A stretch of DNA of 59,934 bases, filler included, from Porpidia crustulata (GCA_964255105.1; 8 parts of 8 records of this genome joined end to end with filler, not necessarily neighbours in it); one strand, 5' to 3'; positions 37,119 to 51,800 are shown, counted from the first letter of the whole stretch. Notes: generated by a model not told the origin, from the sequence alone. A program made the numbers and translations.

Positions 37119-37455
37119 GGGTCGGTCCCGCGCGATTATTGTTGCGTTCAATTCGAGTATCGGGACGGCGTGCGGGAAGTTGCAAGCGGGCCTGGCGGTA
37201 TTTAGCTCCGTGGAAGCCTTCGGGGCAGGGCCACCGTCGCTCCAGGCGTTTCCTTGTTGTTGTTGTACATAGTTTCTATAGAGCATCTAGCGGGATATTT
37301 GGTCTGATTGATGTTTCCCTATGAGATTGCTTACGGTGACACATGGTCTTGCCTGAAACGATTCGGTTTGAAGGATTGGTCCCTTCGCAAACCCCCTCCG
37401 CGCCACTCACCAAGCCCCCACACATCCTCATAACCATACCCACACACCTACATTC

Positions 37456-37555
37456 NNNNNNNNNNNNNNNNNNNNNNNNNNNNNNNNNNNNNNNNNNNNT
37501 TAATTAATTAANNNNNNNNNNNNNNNNNNNNNNNNNNNNNNNNNNNNNNNNNNNN
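37456..37555. other. Artificial contig spacer
   Basis: N-TTAATTAATTAA-N, 100 bp. Confidence 0.99.
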
Positions 37556-37988
37556 GGATGTGTATGAGATATTGGGGGGAGGATGTGCGGCTATGGAGTT
37601 ATGTGATGATTGATCAAGCAAAAAGCAATTTTATTACAGAGGAAGCTCATGAATCGTGACGAAAAAATATCGGCGAAAGACCAATTACTCGTACATCAAC
37701 GTTAAATCGAATAATTTTTGAAAAGTTTGCGCGCGTGTATTAGACGCGTCCGTCATTTATGAGATACGATATGACGATGCAATAACGTATTCAACTCCGA
37801 AATATTCGAACTTACAACCACATTACCAAAAGAAAAAAAGGGTCGACGTGGGCATAATAATAGGTATATAGGTGCGTACTAGGCGAGGTCACTCATTGCT
37901 GTGTCTCGATAAATCGACGTCACCGACTTTATGATCCCTGCTGAACCGATATTCTGAAAACTCACCACAAACACCAAACTCCACTTCC

Positions 37989-40414
37989 TCACATGATCGC
38001 GCACCGGCTCTGCTGACACTGCGCCAAATACCCCTCTTCATCCTCGTTTTCCGACGCCGTCCCCAGCCTTCTCTTAACCCCCTTGACGGTCACGGTCTGG
38101 CTGCCCACCGCGTGCCACCATCTCAGTCGCTGCGTGTTGCAACCGTCACTGTCGTCATCGATGCTGATGGTCCACTTGCCGCCGCTGACGACGACTTCGC
38201 TATTCTCGCGCGGGAAGTGGAAGGAGGGGAGGAAGATCTCGGTTGGGAGGTCTTCGGTGGTGGCGGACTGGGCGTCGAGGGAGAGGGTGAAGGTGGCGGA
38301 TTTCAGGTCAAAGCCGTAAGAAGTCACGTCGCCTGCTGTGAATATGGGGGATGGGCGGACGTAAGCCTCGGCGGCGCGGAAGCCGGCTTTGCTGTCTGGG
38401 TCGGGTGTGGTGGTGGAGGATTGTGGGGATATTGATGGGGTCGATAAGGTGCTTTTGAGGTTGGACGGTAATACGGGGGCTTGGCTGCTCGAGCGGCTCT
38501 CCGAGTAAGCGGGCGAGTCTTTGTCGACTGAGATGGTTGAAGCGCTTAAGGATTTCTGTCCTCCGTCGTTCTGGTATGGGAAGTGAGGTAGAGGTAGATC
38601 ATCTCTGCTATAGATTGAAAGGTCTTCGCCATTCCACAAATCGCCCCGTTTGTGCTCGTTCTGCCACATCTGTTAGCGATACGCTTTTGGAAGTCATCGC
38701 AAAATGCCGAGACTTACAGTGGTCATGTATACCCACCAAGTATAGCCATTGACACCACTACCTTCTAGAGCGAAATGATTTGCATCAGTGGCTGCCGACT
38801 GACTCGAGTAATCGCCGGTCTTGTAGGCGTAGGTGTCATCCATATCGAAAGGAATCCCAATTTCGGTGAAGATGCAGGGCCGCTCTCCCATGTAATCCAT
38901 GCCTTCTTTCCTGATGGCAGATAATTGGTCTCGGAAGCAATTCCGTATGGCTGTTTCACCAACCTTGATCGCAAAGGGTGGCGCGAGATATCTTCCTCGG
39001 AGCAACCCGAATACGTCAACATTCCAGTACCGATTCCTGTATTATCAGCCGGAAGAACTCACGCTGCGATTTCTTATACTTACCACTTCTTCATCATCAA
39101 AGTAACCCCATCGTAGTAGTGAGGCGCAAATACCATATTAGGATCATCATCCTCGGAATTCTTTAATGATGGCGGGATCTCTAGAACCGGTGGCTGGCAG
39201 AACAAAATTGCATTAGGGTGTATGCTCCTGATAGCATTTCGATACTTTCTATAGTGTTCCATGAAGTAGGTGTTGGTGAAAGATTCATAGTCCATGGCCT
39301 TTCCGGTCTTCGGGTTTTTGGCGAAATAATCCTTCCTCAGAAGCTCATTCTTGGAAGGATCCCAGACACCGTGATGCGCCCATACACATTCTCCGAGCTT
39401 CCAGCCTGGGTCCCGTTTCCAGCCGTATTTCGTATCGTCATGAGCAGTGGGAAGCCATATAGTCTCTCCTTGCGGGTCTATGAGTGAAGTGCCCGACTGG
39501 TAGGGCCCCATATTCCCAAATTCCCACGTTGCAATCTCGCAAGACCTACCGGACCCCGTTAAAATCGCTTGCCAGGCAGTGGGTGAAGTGCCTTTCTGCA
39601 GTTTCTGCTCCGAGGGTATTACGGTAAGGTCTTGCCAGCCACACAATCCTCGGTTTGGTTCGTTCATGCTCTCCCACCCTATGACGACTTCGCTTTCGAG
39701 ATCACCAGCCTCATGTATCCGCAGTGCAAGATGTCTGCAGGCCTGGACAAAGTGGTCCTGTAAATAATCCTGAATGTTCACGCCATCGATGATTGCCTTC
39801 GGTGCAAAGTCTTTGCCTGCAAAGAACAATGTGAATATGACTTGACATGCCATGCGCGTATAATTGGTCGCCCATATCATCTTAGGGTATTCGGTCGGAT
39901 TTGGATATGTATTTTGTACCCAGGCAGCTTCCGTCGTCTGGAATGCGTGTGGATTCAGACCCATTGCGTACAAAGTCCACATTGGGGCCCCAGATCCGCC
40001 GGTAAATCTTGACCAGACGTCTTGATGCGGGTCCATGAAGATGTAAAAGTTATAGCTTCTCGCCAGCCGTAGGACTTCAATAGTAAACCGGATCCACTCT
40101 TCGTCATATTTGCGCGGCCCTGCATGTTCAATGGCTTCCCACGTAAAGATATATCGTATTGTGTTATAGCCCCATTCTCTCAGTCTGGTGAAATGTGTAT
40201 GTACTTCTGCTATTGGAAAGGGTCGGCCGACGAATGACACATTGTCCCCTTCAAAAAAGTCTTTCTCGATATACGAATTGACGTCGGGAGAAAGTGGGAA
40301 TTTGGCATCCCCTGCGACATTGATTCCACGGAGAGTAACCTCTCGGTTCTTGGTATCCCGAAACCTTTGCCCTTCGATTCGCAGTCGCAGGGGTGCCATG
40401 AGCCGACCTGACAA
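37989..40414 (-). CDS. Glycoside hydrolase family 5, ergosteryl-beta-glucosidase / EGCrP-like
   Basis: LRGINV, FTWEAIEHAGP, MDPHQDVWSRFTGGSGAP, acid/base SMNEP, APHYYDG, nucleophile IFTEIGIP, WNGEDLSIYS; ends in a CaaX-like CAIM. Confidence 0.9.
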
Positions 40415-40877
40415 ATGTAGTAGTAGCCGGGGCTTATGGATGAGCTGGGGTTTTCGCGATTGTTACTACTGCAGGATTTCCAATACACAGAAATGCTGAG
40501 GCAAGGCGGTACTCATAGTCTGTGATACACTTGAAAAATTGTAACTGTACAAGTAGGGGTATCGCGAGTCTCGTGATTATTTACGAGTGCGATCATATCG
40601 TATATCATGCGTACTCAACTCTTCCGTACGGAATCCACCTCCCGATGACGCTTACTTTAGGTTAATCGTCGGGCCGCTAGCCGATTAGCCGATCGCTGTA
40701 ATCTTACAGTATCAAGTCAGTAACGGTCATACATGAAGAAAGGCGCATGGGTGCAAGAGGCTTCCAGCATATTTATCGGCTGACGCATTAGATTTCTGTG
40801 CCACGTGAGCTAGGAAGAGACCCAAAAGCTCATCTAGAATAAGACGTGCTGCTTAGGACCAGAGATCTTCCCAGAGT

Positions 40878-43800
40878 ATGAGTACAGTCAAATCAGCTCT
40901 CAAGGCAGCGAAAGTTGCTCTAGATGCACAGAAGTATAGTGAAGCCGTAGAGAATGCCAATAAGGTCTTGGCCATCGATTCTCAGAATTATCATGCGTAT
41001 GTTCTTGCAATTAAGTCAAAAGGTCCGCTGCAGAGAATGACGTCTTGTAGCAATGTCTTCTTAGGTCTTTCCCGTGAAAGGCTAAGTCAATATGAGGACT
41101 CTGAAAAAGCCTACAGTGTTGCTACAAAGATCAAGGCAAAAGATGTGCTGGCCTGGCAAGGTCTCATCAATTTGTACGAGATTCAAAGCGCAAAGAAGCT
41201 CAATGCATATCATGATGCTGCCCTCCAATTAGCAGAGCTATTTATGGAACAGTAAGTCGTTGAGCATGGTTCGCGTTGTACAGGGCGTCTTGCAAGCTTA
41301 TGGAATTGGAGGTTCTAGGGATGACAGAATACGATGCCAAGTGGTCATAGATAAGTATACTGATTTCGCGAGGAGACACGGGTCTCGCGCGCAATACAAA
41401 TATGCCCTGCAGATCCTCTTACCTACAAGTACGGTATATGATTATCTCGAAGGTAGGATTCTGAATCCTGCCTACACTTACACCCAAATTGCAGAGATCA
41501 CGGAAGCGGAGGAGAAGGAAAGGATCAATAAGGAAATCGGGCAACGGCGTACGAGGCTGGGAGCAAGAATTGATCAGGTGACTGCTGATGTGAAACGAGA
41601 GGTGCTTGAAGACAGTGCTCTTGAAGATTGGTACCAATGCATTATTGACTGGACACATGATGATGAGGCACGACGAGTCTATGAGGAGAAGCTCCTTCAG
41701 CATGCCTATGATACGCTGGCAGTTCTACCAGCTCCAAGGAAGAAGGAAAAGCTGAACCGCGTCCAGGATTTAGCAAAAGGTCTAGTGATTCTGCGGCATC
41801 CATTTTTATTAGCCTGGAATATTGTCTTGGAGTGGAGAGACTCGGAAAGCATCGAAGAAATGGACTGTGGGCTTTTCTGGGAATTTATTGAAGTCTTCCC
41901 AAATGATGGACTTAGCAAGGTTCTGCAGGGATACCTAGAAAGCGACATATCCCCTTTTCCACCGCCCCCGGCTTGCAGTCCCAGCGACCATCATGAGGGC
42001 GATAATCCTACGCCAACGACCGTAGAAGAACGGCTTCTCCTGATGTCTGAGGGAGTCGAAGATAACCCGCGTTCAATACTTTCTCACCGAATCATGGGGG
42101 AGTACTACCTTCACCTCGACGAGTACGAAAGCGCGGTGACTATGGCAAGATCTGCACAAAGTCGACTGACGGCAGAGGCCCAACTTTCAGGACTGGTCCT
42201 AATAGGTGTTATTGATGCCGTCAATATCGTCCTAGCTACAGCACTGGTTCAGTATCAGGCGCCTCGGCATCATTGGGAAGCTCGTGCCTTGTTCGATGAA
42301 ATTTTGGCTCGCAAAACGAATAACACCTCAGCTTTGATTGGTATTGGGCTAATACTAGAGGAACAAGAAGACTATGTCGAGGCTGCAAATTTCTTGGAAC
42401 GGGCCCTAGAGCGAAGTTCAGATCCTAAGATCAAGGCAGAAGCATCTTGGTGTAAGGCTCTCAAAGGTGATTACGAAGTTGGTCTTCAAGAATTAGAAGT
42501 ATGCCTTCCTGAAATGGAAGGTTCAGAGAGACGAACGAAATTATTGCGATCAGAAACATTGTACCGCATTGGCATCTGCATTTGGAACCGAGACACTTCG
42601 AGAGAGGCGCGCAGAGATCGGAAAGGGTCATACGCTCGATTTCTTGCATCGCTACAAGCAGACATGAACTTTGCACCTGCGTACACCAGTCTTGGCATCT
42701 ACTATGCGGACTACGGTAAAGACAAGAAACGTGCACGCAAATGCTTTCAGAAGGCTTTCGAACTTTCGGCTTCCGAGGTTGGGGCAGCAGAGCGGCTCGC
42801 CAACCTATTCGCGAAATCGAGAGAATGGGAGTTGGTTGAGGTAGTAGCACAACGTGTCATTGAATCCGGTAAAATTAGACCAGCTCCTGGCTCACGAAAG
42901 AAGGCAATAAGCTGGCCATTTGCAGCTTTGGGCGTTGTTCAGCTCAACAATCAAGACTACCCCAGAAGCATAGTATCGTTTCAGTCAGCACTCCGGTTGA
43001 CTCCTGATGATTACAACAGCTGGGTTGGTCTCGGCGAGAGCTATCATAATTCTGGCCGGTATATCGCAGCTACAAAAACCTTCGAGCAGGCTCAAAAGCT
43101 GGAAAGTAGCTCAGCTCTCCAGGACAGAGACGGCGACTGGTTTTCAAAGTACATACTTGCAAATGTGAAAAAAGAACTTGGCGAACATGATGCAGCAATT
43201 GCCGTGTATGAATTGGTCTTGGAGTCAAGACCAGCAGAATTTGGTGTCTCTTTAGCCCTTATCCAGACGCTCGTTGAGTACGCACGGAGAGATATCGAGC
43301 TTGGTTTCTTTGGGCGAGCTGCAGACAGCGTAAGGAGGGCGTTGGAGCATGCCAAAAGTATTTCCAAAACTCACGGCAATGCATTCAATCTTTGGAAAAC
43401 TGTTGGCGACGCCTTTTCGATCTTCACATGGACCCAAGTATACATTGAAGATCTTCCTATGGTCACATTTCGAACGTTGCTAGAAGACGACATTTTGCTC
43501 GAGGAGTATGACATTCTGGCAGATGTCGACGGCATAGGTAGGGATACACTCGAGTCCTTGTCGATTGAGACCGATAAAGCTGTTCCATCTCTCACCAAAT
43601 GCATATATGCTGCCATTCTAGCTCAGAAGCGGGCTATTCATTGTTGCTCTCATGACTCAAATGCCCAAGCTGTTGCGTGGTACAATCTTGGCTGGACCGA
43701 ATACCGAGCACGAACGTGCGACACGAAAGAATCTCAGCCGGCGATCAAGAGGAAGTCGCTAAGATATCTCAAAGCCTCTGTGCAGTGCTTCAAGAGAGCC

Positions 43801-44950
43801 ATCGAGCTCGAAGCTAGCAATGCCGAATTTTGGAACGCTCTGGGGATAGTGACTACAGAGTTGAATCCCCAGGTTGCCCAACATTCATTTGTCCGCAGCC
43901 TTTACTTGAACGATAGAAGTGCCAGAGTCTGGACGAACCTTGGGACGCTGTATTTGCTCCAAAACGACTACCAACTTGCAAATGACGCCTTTACTCGAGC
44001 TCAATCAACAGATCCAGATCATACTCAGGCTTGGCTCGGACAGGGCTTGTTAGCTTCTAACCTGGGGGAAACAACTGAAGCGCAAACGCTATTCTCTCAC
44101 GCTTTCGAAATCGCCGACGCGTCCTCCATCATAATCAAACAACAATATTCTCTATCAACATACGACCGTCTTTCTTCCGCCTCCTCATCTACCAATAGCG
44201 CAAATCTCCTCCAACCCCTCTTCGCTCTCCAACAGCTCCGCTCACAAACCCCATTTAATCTTCCTTTCGAATATCTCTCCTCTCTCTTCTCCGAGCGAAT
44301 AGGCGATTCTGCCACCGCTGTCATTGGCCTCCAGTCCATCTGCTCAACCCTTGAAGTTGAGTATGAAACCACTGAATCATCAGCAGCCCTCGCGCGCTTC
44401 GCTCAAGCCAAAGCAGATTTGAGCCGCGTGTGTTTCACCTCACACAACTACGAAACCGCTGCCGAAGCCGCAGAGACAGCCCTTGATCTCTCGGCCGACG
44501 AAGAAGAAATAGATAGCGTAAATCGTCACCTTGTGCGACTCTCAGCCCACATGTCCGCTGGCTTGGCATACTACTACAGATCCTCCATGGACGACTCCCT
44601 CGAAATGTTTCGCGCCGCGTTGGCCGAAACGAACGGCGACCCCGACATCATATGTCTCCTCGCCCAAGTCCTCTGGGCAAAAGGTGGCGAGGAAGAACGA
44701 AATGTTGCTCGCGAGCAATTGCTCGACTGCGTCGAGAAACACCGGTCGCATTTCAACGCCATCACCCTCCTCGGCGTCACCGCGCTGCTAGATAACGATA
44801 CCTCCACCATCGCCGCCGTCACCGCGGACCTCAGAGCCCTCCAAACCACCTCCCTCACCGCCCTCCAGCACCGCAATCTGACCACTCTCCTTGTCGCCAT
44901 AGCCACACTCCATCCGAGCCCAGACCTAGATCCCGGAGCCTCGGCGCAGC
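40878..44950 (+). CDS. SKI3: Superkiller complex TPR protein Ski3 (3' end cut by contig edge)
   Basis: MSTVKSALKAAK start, many TPR repeats, SWVGLGESYHNSGRY, KRAIELEASNAEFWNALG, VWTNLGTLYL; two 5' introns. Confidence 0.93.
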
Positions 44951-45050
44951 NNNNNNNNNNNNNNNNNNNNNNNNNNNNNNNNNNNNNNNNNNNNTTAATT
45001 AATTAANNNNNNNNNNNNNNNNNNNNNNNNNNNNNNNNNNNNNNNNNNNN
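44951..45050. other. Artificial contig spacer
   Basis: N-TTAATTAATTAA-N, 100 bp. Confidence 0.99.
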
Positions 45051-45293
45051 GTGGAATCTTTTGATATTTTTTTAGGAATAGGTCGGTCATGAATAATGCT
45101 ACGCCATCCGCCGCGCTACGGATGATAAGAAAAAAAACGCCCGAGAAGTGCTGTGTAGACTCATGCTCGCCTCGGTCTCCCCCCCGCAAACAAAAAAAGA
45201 CACTTGGGTATAATCCATCGATTCATTCATTTCCGCGCCTTGATCACAATCCTCGCTTTCCCCCTCTTTAAGGTCAGAACGCATCGCGACCCA

Positions 45294-47400
45294 TCAAGCC
45301 AACCCCAACGCCCGCTTCGAATTATCGTACACCACGTACGTGATCGACACCGCCGGCACCACCTTCATCAGATTCGGCGTGATGCCCTTGAACAAACCCC
45401 CAACGCCCTCCCCGCGCACCGTCTTGACCGCAACGTCCCAGACGCCGTCGTACGTGGGCGGGTGGATGGCCGTGCCCTGGCTCTGTAGGCGGGTGCGTAG
45501 TAGGTTGAGCGGGTAGACGGCGCTGGCGCCGAGAGCGCCGCTGAAGGCGCCGATGCCGGCCGTCATGAAGTTGCCGGGCGCGGCGTTGGCTTCGGGGCAG
45601 TGGCGGGCGGCGGCGTTGCGGGCGGTGAGGCGTTTCTTGAGGTATTCGTAGGTGGAGAGGTCGATGGCGCTGTAGGGGAACATGCCGAGGAGGCCCATGG
45701 GGAGGCCGCGGTAGAAGGAGCGGAGGCCTTGGGTGGACCACATTTTGCGGGCGGTGTGGAGGATGAGGTCGTTGCCGTGGAGCCCGCCTTTGACGGTCTC
45801 GCACTGCATGCGGCTGGGTTTCGGTGTCAGTGATTATGGTTATGGTTGTGGTCATGGTGGTACGTACAATTTTAGGGTGTCGAGGGGGTAGATGCAAAAC
45901 CTGGGAGAAGTTAGGTACGATCAAGATCTTGATATGGCGTATACTGACTGGGAGATCATTCCCCCCAAGCCTGCAGCAAAGAATTGCGACATAGGTTTGA
46001 GACCTTTGGGATTTCCATGGCCTTCGATTCTAGCAAATACAAGGCGCGAACCCTTAGAGGCAATCAGCTTACGACGTTGATTAGAGAAGCCGTGTGTACC
46101 TCATACGAGCCAAATTTAATTGCCGACTCTGGCATTACTTTGATTACATTGAGACCGTTGCCTGTCAGGTCAGCTAGAGAGCGCAGACCGCGTAGAACAC
46201 AAACCAACCAGCAAACAGACTCTGTATACCGCCCATTCGCCATAGTGATTTAGTCGCTTCCACCAAGGGTCGCGCTACTTTCTTCGCCGCTTGCGCTGGA
46301 GCTCCTGACTTTGCTATCTGCACGACTTCTTTGCTAACACCAGTTTGAGCGATAAGGTAGACTTTAAGACGGTCTAATGGAGCTGTTGCTGTTCGTGAGA
46401 CGACACCCGCCACGGCTCCCGCAACGAAGTATCCTGCCGGGGGGAACAGATCCGTCAGCATTCCCGTCATTCTTGTTTCAGGAGTCACTTCCACGAGACG
46501 AGGTTTCTGAAGAATGCTTGGCTGCACTAGAACTTGATCTCCTGGGTTCCACGGGAAGGTGCCCGGTTTCGATTCGATTCCAGACTTTGTGGCCATGTCC
46601 TCATTCATTGATGAACGGGGGAGGTTCGTGGACAGCTTCGAGCGTGGTGGTTTTATGATAGAGGCAAGCGCTCCAAAAAGAGTAGTAGGAAAGCGGTGTG
46701 TACCTAAGCCTTGTACTGCGTCATCTGAAACGTGGACATCGCCCTCCGCATTCACCTTCATCGTCGATGAATAGTATGATAAGACGGCTCGGAGATTCGG
46801 CGTGCTTGCGGGAATGAAGAGTAAGAATTTCCTGCAACACAGATCAGTTGTTTAATCCCAAACATAACCAATGCACATCTCCATGCCTCCACTCATCAAA
46901 GCTGATCACGCCATCGCGATTCGTGTCGACCTCCGCGAAGAATTGATCAAGCTTAACGGTAGGAACCGCAAGTCCCGCATTGATGAAAGCTGACTTGAGC
47001 TCTACTTTATCTAGCTGTCCATTGTGATCGCGATCAATGCTTTTGAAGAGGTGCAGAAGCTCTTTTTCGGTTTGCTCGACAAAGGTTCGAAACTCTTGTG
47101 CGACGTATCAGTCATGTTTGTTATGCGTCGACGCTGTGTACATACCGGAATACTGTATCCGCCCATCGCCATCCCTATCAACGGCCTTCATGACATCTTG
47201 CAGAAGTTCGTCCGCATTTTGTAAAGCTGTCAAACCATCAGTGCCTCCTTCCCAAACCTAGTCCAGTACCCACGATGATCCAGCTTCCTCAATCCATTTT
47301 TTAAGCCTTCAAGGCTCAGCTGACCTTCTTGACGTGTATCTAAAGTTCGCCACAAGTTCTCGACTCGTTCATCCTGAGCCCTTGGATCTTCAGATTCCAT
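45294..47400 (-). CDS. SAL1: Ca-binding mitochondrial ATP-Mg/Pi carrier (Sal1/SCaMC)
   Basis: N-terminal EF-hands (VDRDGDGRIQY, IDRDHNGQLDK, VDTNRDGVISF), carrier motifs APLDRLKVYL and YPLNLLRTRLQ; multiple introns. Confidence 0.92.
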
Positions 47401-47985
47401 GGCCAATCACAACAGCCTGTGTTATCTCTGCTTTTTCATACTGCCTAGTTTGCCAAAGGGTCTTGAGTCAATGCCGTCGGTGAGGAAATTCGTGTCTCCA
47501 CGCGTCATTGATCTAGGCGATCCAGAAATCTCTGAAGTGACAGTATGAGCAAGATATGTTTGGACACTTTAGGATTGTCTTGGTGCTTTGACTTCGCAAG
47601 TGGTGGTGGGGTTCTAAAGGATTACCCGTCAGCCCTATCCGCTGCCGTCAAAACCGATATCCCAATTTAACCTGATCCTGGCATTCCATCTACGGATGCC
47701 ATAAGCTCTTGTCAACCCTTTTTCGGTGAACACAGTCTTGTATTGAGCTGGTTCATTTTGTAGCTCTCGTTAGATCTTGATATCAGTATATAAGCCACCC
47801 CAGAGCAGAGACAAATGGAGTTTTCGAGGTGTACGGACGCAGTGACCGTCTCCTATATCCTGCTTGTGGCTCCTCCGTGTTCCGGGAAAATGTTCCAATT
47901 GTGATATTACAAATCTAGCGTTCACAAGCCAAGTGTCTATCTTTCCATTGTTCTTCCTTACGCTATTCCGTTCTCTCAATGCGAG

Positions 47986-48979
47986 ATGGCCGCAAATTAT
48001 TGGGCATCGACCCAACGCCGTCATTGGCAATTTTCCAGAGAAGCCCTGATGCAGATCCGTCAAAGGCTCGAGGACGAGGACGCAGGCCTGGTGCAGCAGT
48101 ACCCACTACCGGACAGACGTCTTCTAAGCATCTACTTCAACCAGCGTGAGTCATCTCGCTTCTCAAGACGAGATTTTCATCTAATGGTGAGATTTCAGAA
48201 CTCAGCAAGCTAGGGAAACGCTTGAATGTCAGACAACAAGCTCTTGCAACTGCACAGGTATATATACGACGATTCTATAGCAGAGTTGACATCCGCCACA
48301 CGAATCTTTACCTGGTCCTGGCCACTGCCCTTTACTTGGCTTGCAAAATGGAAGAATGCCCCCAACATATACGTTCATTCGTTAGTGAAGCTCGCATCAT
48401 CTGGCCTGGTAACTATTTCACGATGGTGGCTTTATCGCATTGATTAACTTCCATCCAGAGTTCATCATCTCCGACGTGTCAAAGCTTGGTGAATGCGAAT
48501 TCTACTTGATCTCAGAAATGAACTCTCAACTTATAGTTCACCATCCTTACCGCAGTCTACAGAACCTGGAAGGCACTCTAAGCATGGCCCAAGACGACAT
48601 CTCACTAGCTTGGTCAATTATCAATGATCATTATTTGACCGACTTACCTCTTTTATACCCTCCACATGTCGTTGCAATAACAGCAATTTTTCTAGCCTTG
48701 ACGCTAAAGCCTACGCAACCTGGACCGCAAGCAGCAGCCAGTACAGCAACAGCTTTAGCCCGAGCATCTCAGGTACCAGCAGATCTTCCTTTAAATTCAC
48801 CGCAGAGAAAAGTACAACATTTGGTGAATTGGTTGGCCGAAGGTGAAGTTGACATTGAGGCCGTCGTTGAATGCTCCCAAGAGATTATCTCACTCTACGA
48901 AATATGGGAACAGTACAGTGAAAAGACTTGCAAAGAACAAATTGCCCGTTATGTCAAAACTCAAGGCCTGGATAAGTGA
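47986..48979 (+). CDS. SSN8: Cyclin C, Mediator kinase-module subunit
   Basis: [65 protein letters not shown]; two introns. Confidence 0.95.
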
Positions 48980-49271
48980 AAAAACAGATACGTTGACTGC
49001 AGCTAATAGCAACGATCGAGGATTTCTACTATCCGAGTTCTCAAACGGTCTCCTCACGTAATTGTATCATTTTACACTACCCGATGTGATCGCAGGTTTG
49101 AGTACCAGGACCATCGACAACACAGTACACCTCATCACGTATGTATGCGAAGACTGGACTGCTTAGTAGAAATTTCTAAGTCACAGACCGAGTCTTTACC
49201 ACACCTAAATAATTACGAAAGCAATACTTGTAAGCCTCGCAAAGGAGCAAAGCGAAAGTCGTTTTCAACGT

Positions 49272-50196
49272 TTATTTCCTCCACGTTTTGAAACAGAAGG
49301 CCAAGATAACGATGGCACCTAACGTTGAAACGATAACCATCTTAACAAAGGAACGAACAGGCTTGACTACCGCGTCCTGCCTGCTAAAAGATTGTTGCTT
49401 CTCGATGTCCTCCTCGAAAACGCTTGTCGTCCATGCGAGCTTCCGGACATTAGGTCGTTGATTCGAGGCCTCCGCAGTCCCATTCACAGTAAGACCTAAG
49501 CTGTGTAGTTCTCGGAAAATACGACGACGGTTGATAGCTGAATTCTCCGTCGGAGACATCAAAGATGATGGCCCCGGTTCACTCAGGACTCGACAATATC
49601 TTGGAGCTATACGGAGGTAAGCTCTCGGCCGCGGGATTGGTCACACTCCACTTCTCACCATACGTACGGTCGGATGAATGGGGGATGTAACCAGAATCCT
49701 CACTTGGCACTGGCGATACAGTGCTTGGCCGCAGCTTAGAGTCATATCTGGTGTTGTCGTGGGCGAAGTGACTTCCAATCTCCTTCAATAATTCTTCCGT
49801 CGTATTGGTCGATGATCCTCTACATTGTAACACGATGTCAGACGTGGCATCGGAGGCAGAGGAATGAATGGAATCTGAATCATACGCTCCCTCGGCTGTG
49901 TTTGTGTCCTTGTGAAAGGCATCGTTCCGATCGATAGACAAAATCGATGTAGGGCTTGTCAAATCTTCAGAATAGGTTTTGATGCCTATGGAATTGGTGC
50001 TCTCATTTGTCGCTGTTACTGTTGAGAACAGGTCCGACGAATCAATATCATGTTGCCTGGAATTTAGTTCGTGGAAGGTCTCATCTCTACCCAATCCATG
50101 GCTTATATTGCAGTGTGAGAGTCCTTCTTGAGGTTCCAGCGTTGCGTGCGCTGTATCTGTTGGAAGTGTGTGTTGGAGCAGCGTACTTTGCTCCAT
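49272..50196 (-). CDS. Hypothetical Ser/Asp-rich protein with a possible C-terminal membrane anchor (two adjacent frames)
   Basis: A 205-aa ORF is followed by a 96-aa ORF in another frame that ends in VIVSTLGAIVILAFCFKTWRK. The junction is unresolved. Confidence 0.35.
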
Positions 50197-51800
50197 AGCC
50201 TAGGTGTTTGTCGCAATATTTCTGGCAAGTGACAAGAAGTGTTTGATCTCAGCAACATGGGAGCCTGAACACTAGCTTGACAATGTCAAATGGCGACTTT
50301 ACGAAAGACCAAATTGAACTCAATAAGCTGCAAATACACTATGGAGACGACGAAATTGTTGGCAGCTCATGTCGGTGAAAGCGACAGAGTCCCAAGGCAG
50401 AAATCCAATGACTTTGGCCGCTGTTCTAAAATCATAGGAAGTCGAGTTGGGCTAACCAGCAAAGGGACAGACGCAAGCTAGAGACCCCCATGCTCCAATG
50501 ACATCCGTCATTGGTATGGATAATCGAGCGAAGGATTCGAAAGATGGTGGGGAGGAGCCAATGAGGGCGAGCCACACCTGCTCGACCCTTAATAATTGAG
50601 CCCTCGCCCTTCCCCAGGGGGTGTGGAATCACACCGGAGTGCGATCGAGGAAGGCTTGACAGTTGCTCTATTGCCCAAAGTCATAGTAGAGTAAAAACCC
50701 AGAGGAGCCGGAGGCAGATTCCATTCGGATGTGTCCCTGCGAGCGATCGAGTGGAACCAGTCATCTTGCGACAAGTGCGGTCCAACGACTATTTGGATGA
50801 TATAGAATTTAGTGTCATGATACAGGTGAAATGCGCGTATTCGTTCAGGCCGAGCGTGAAGGGCGAGGGCGACCCTACTTATATGGATGTGCGCAAAAAG
50901 CAGACTTTCCGTGTTGCGCCTGCAAAAGCGGACAACAACTCATTACGATAGTGATGTTCGACCTCACTGCCAATCGGATCGCCGAGCATCGAGTTGTGCT
51001 TGCTTAGCCTTGCACGATGGAACCGCTGCAAGCCTAGAAAAGGCAACACCGGATGCTCGAAGGTGTAATATTATATTGCCCGGCACTCCTGGCTACCTAA
51101 TGGTCCATTATATTAGGGTCATTATGCGCCCCTTGTACGCCGACTGAGCATGTTCATGCTAAAAGATTATGAAAACAGCAGGAGCATACTAAAGTGCTTA
51201 GCTTCATGTATGTAGGTAGTTCTCGTACGCGTTGCCAGTCACACCAGTCTCCACTTGCGTTATCAAGCCAATGAAACATCTTGTCGAGGCTCAATTACGC
51301 CCATGGAGTGTATACATCTGCAACGCCCTCTGGACATATTGCAGCCGCTGACGCATATTTTCTCACACAGCGAGAATGGCACGCTTAATGTTACTTGGAA
51401 ACAAAATCAACAGCCGTGTGATAAATCCACTGATTTGACTGTCACGATGATTGATAGGTGCACATGCTCAGTCGTTCATAGCCAGAAAGCTGCAACATGA
51501 CCATGATTGATCGCCGAGAAAAAAACGATGATTCGACGACACGTAGCGGCTGTGAAGTTGCCTGATGTGCCGGGATGATATGGACCTCTTGAGACGGAAA
51601 CCTAATGCATCAAGGATTTACTTCATAATAGCCCGCTGGCGCAAGGCTTCCATACTGCGCGGCGAAGCGATCCTTAGTGTCGCTGTCGTGTTCAGGCTTT
51701 GAGAGTTGTCATGGGAGATGGTAAGAGAGAGGTTCACTTCCACGAGTCCTTCCGCTACCAACACAAGCGTCTCAGGCCCCCAAAACAAGCCAGCACACCC

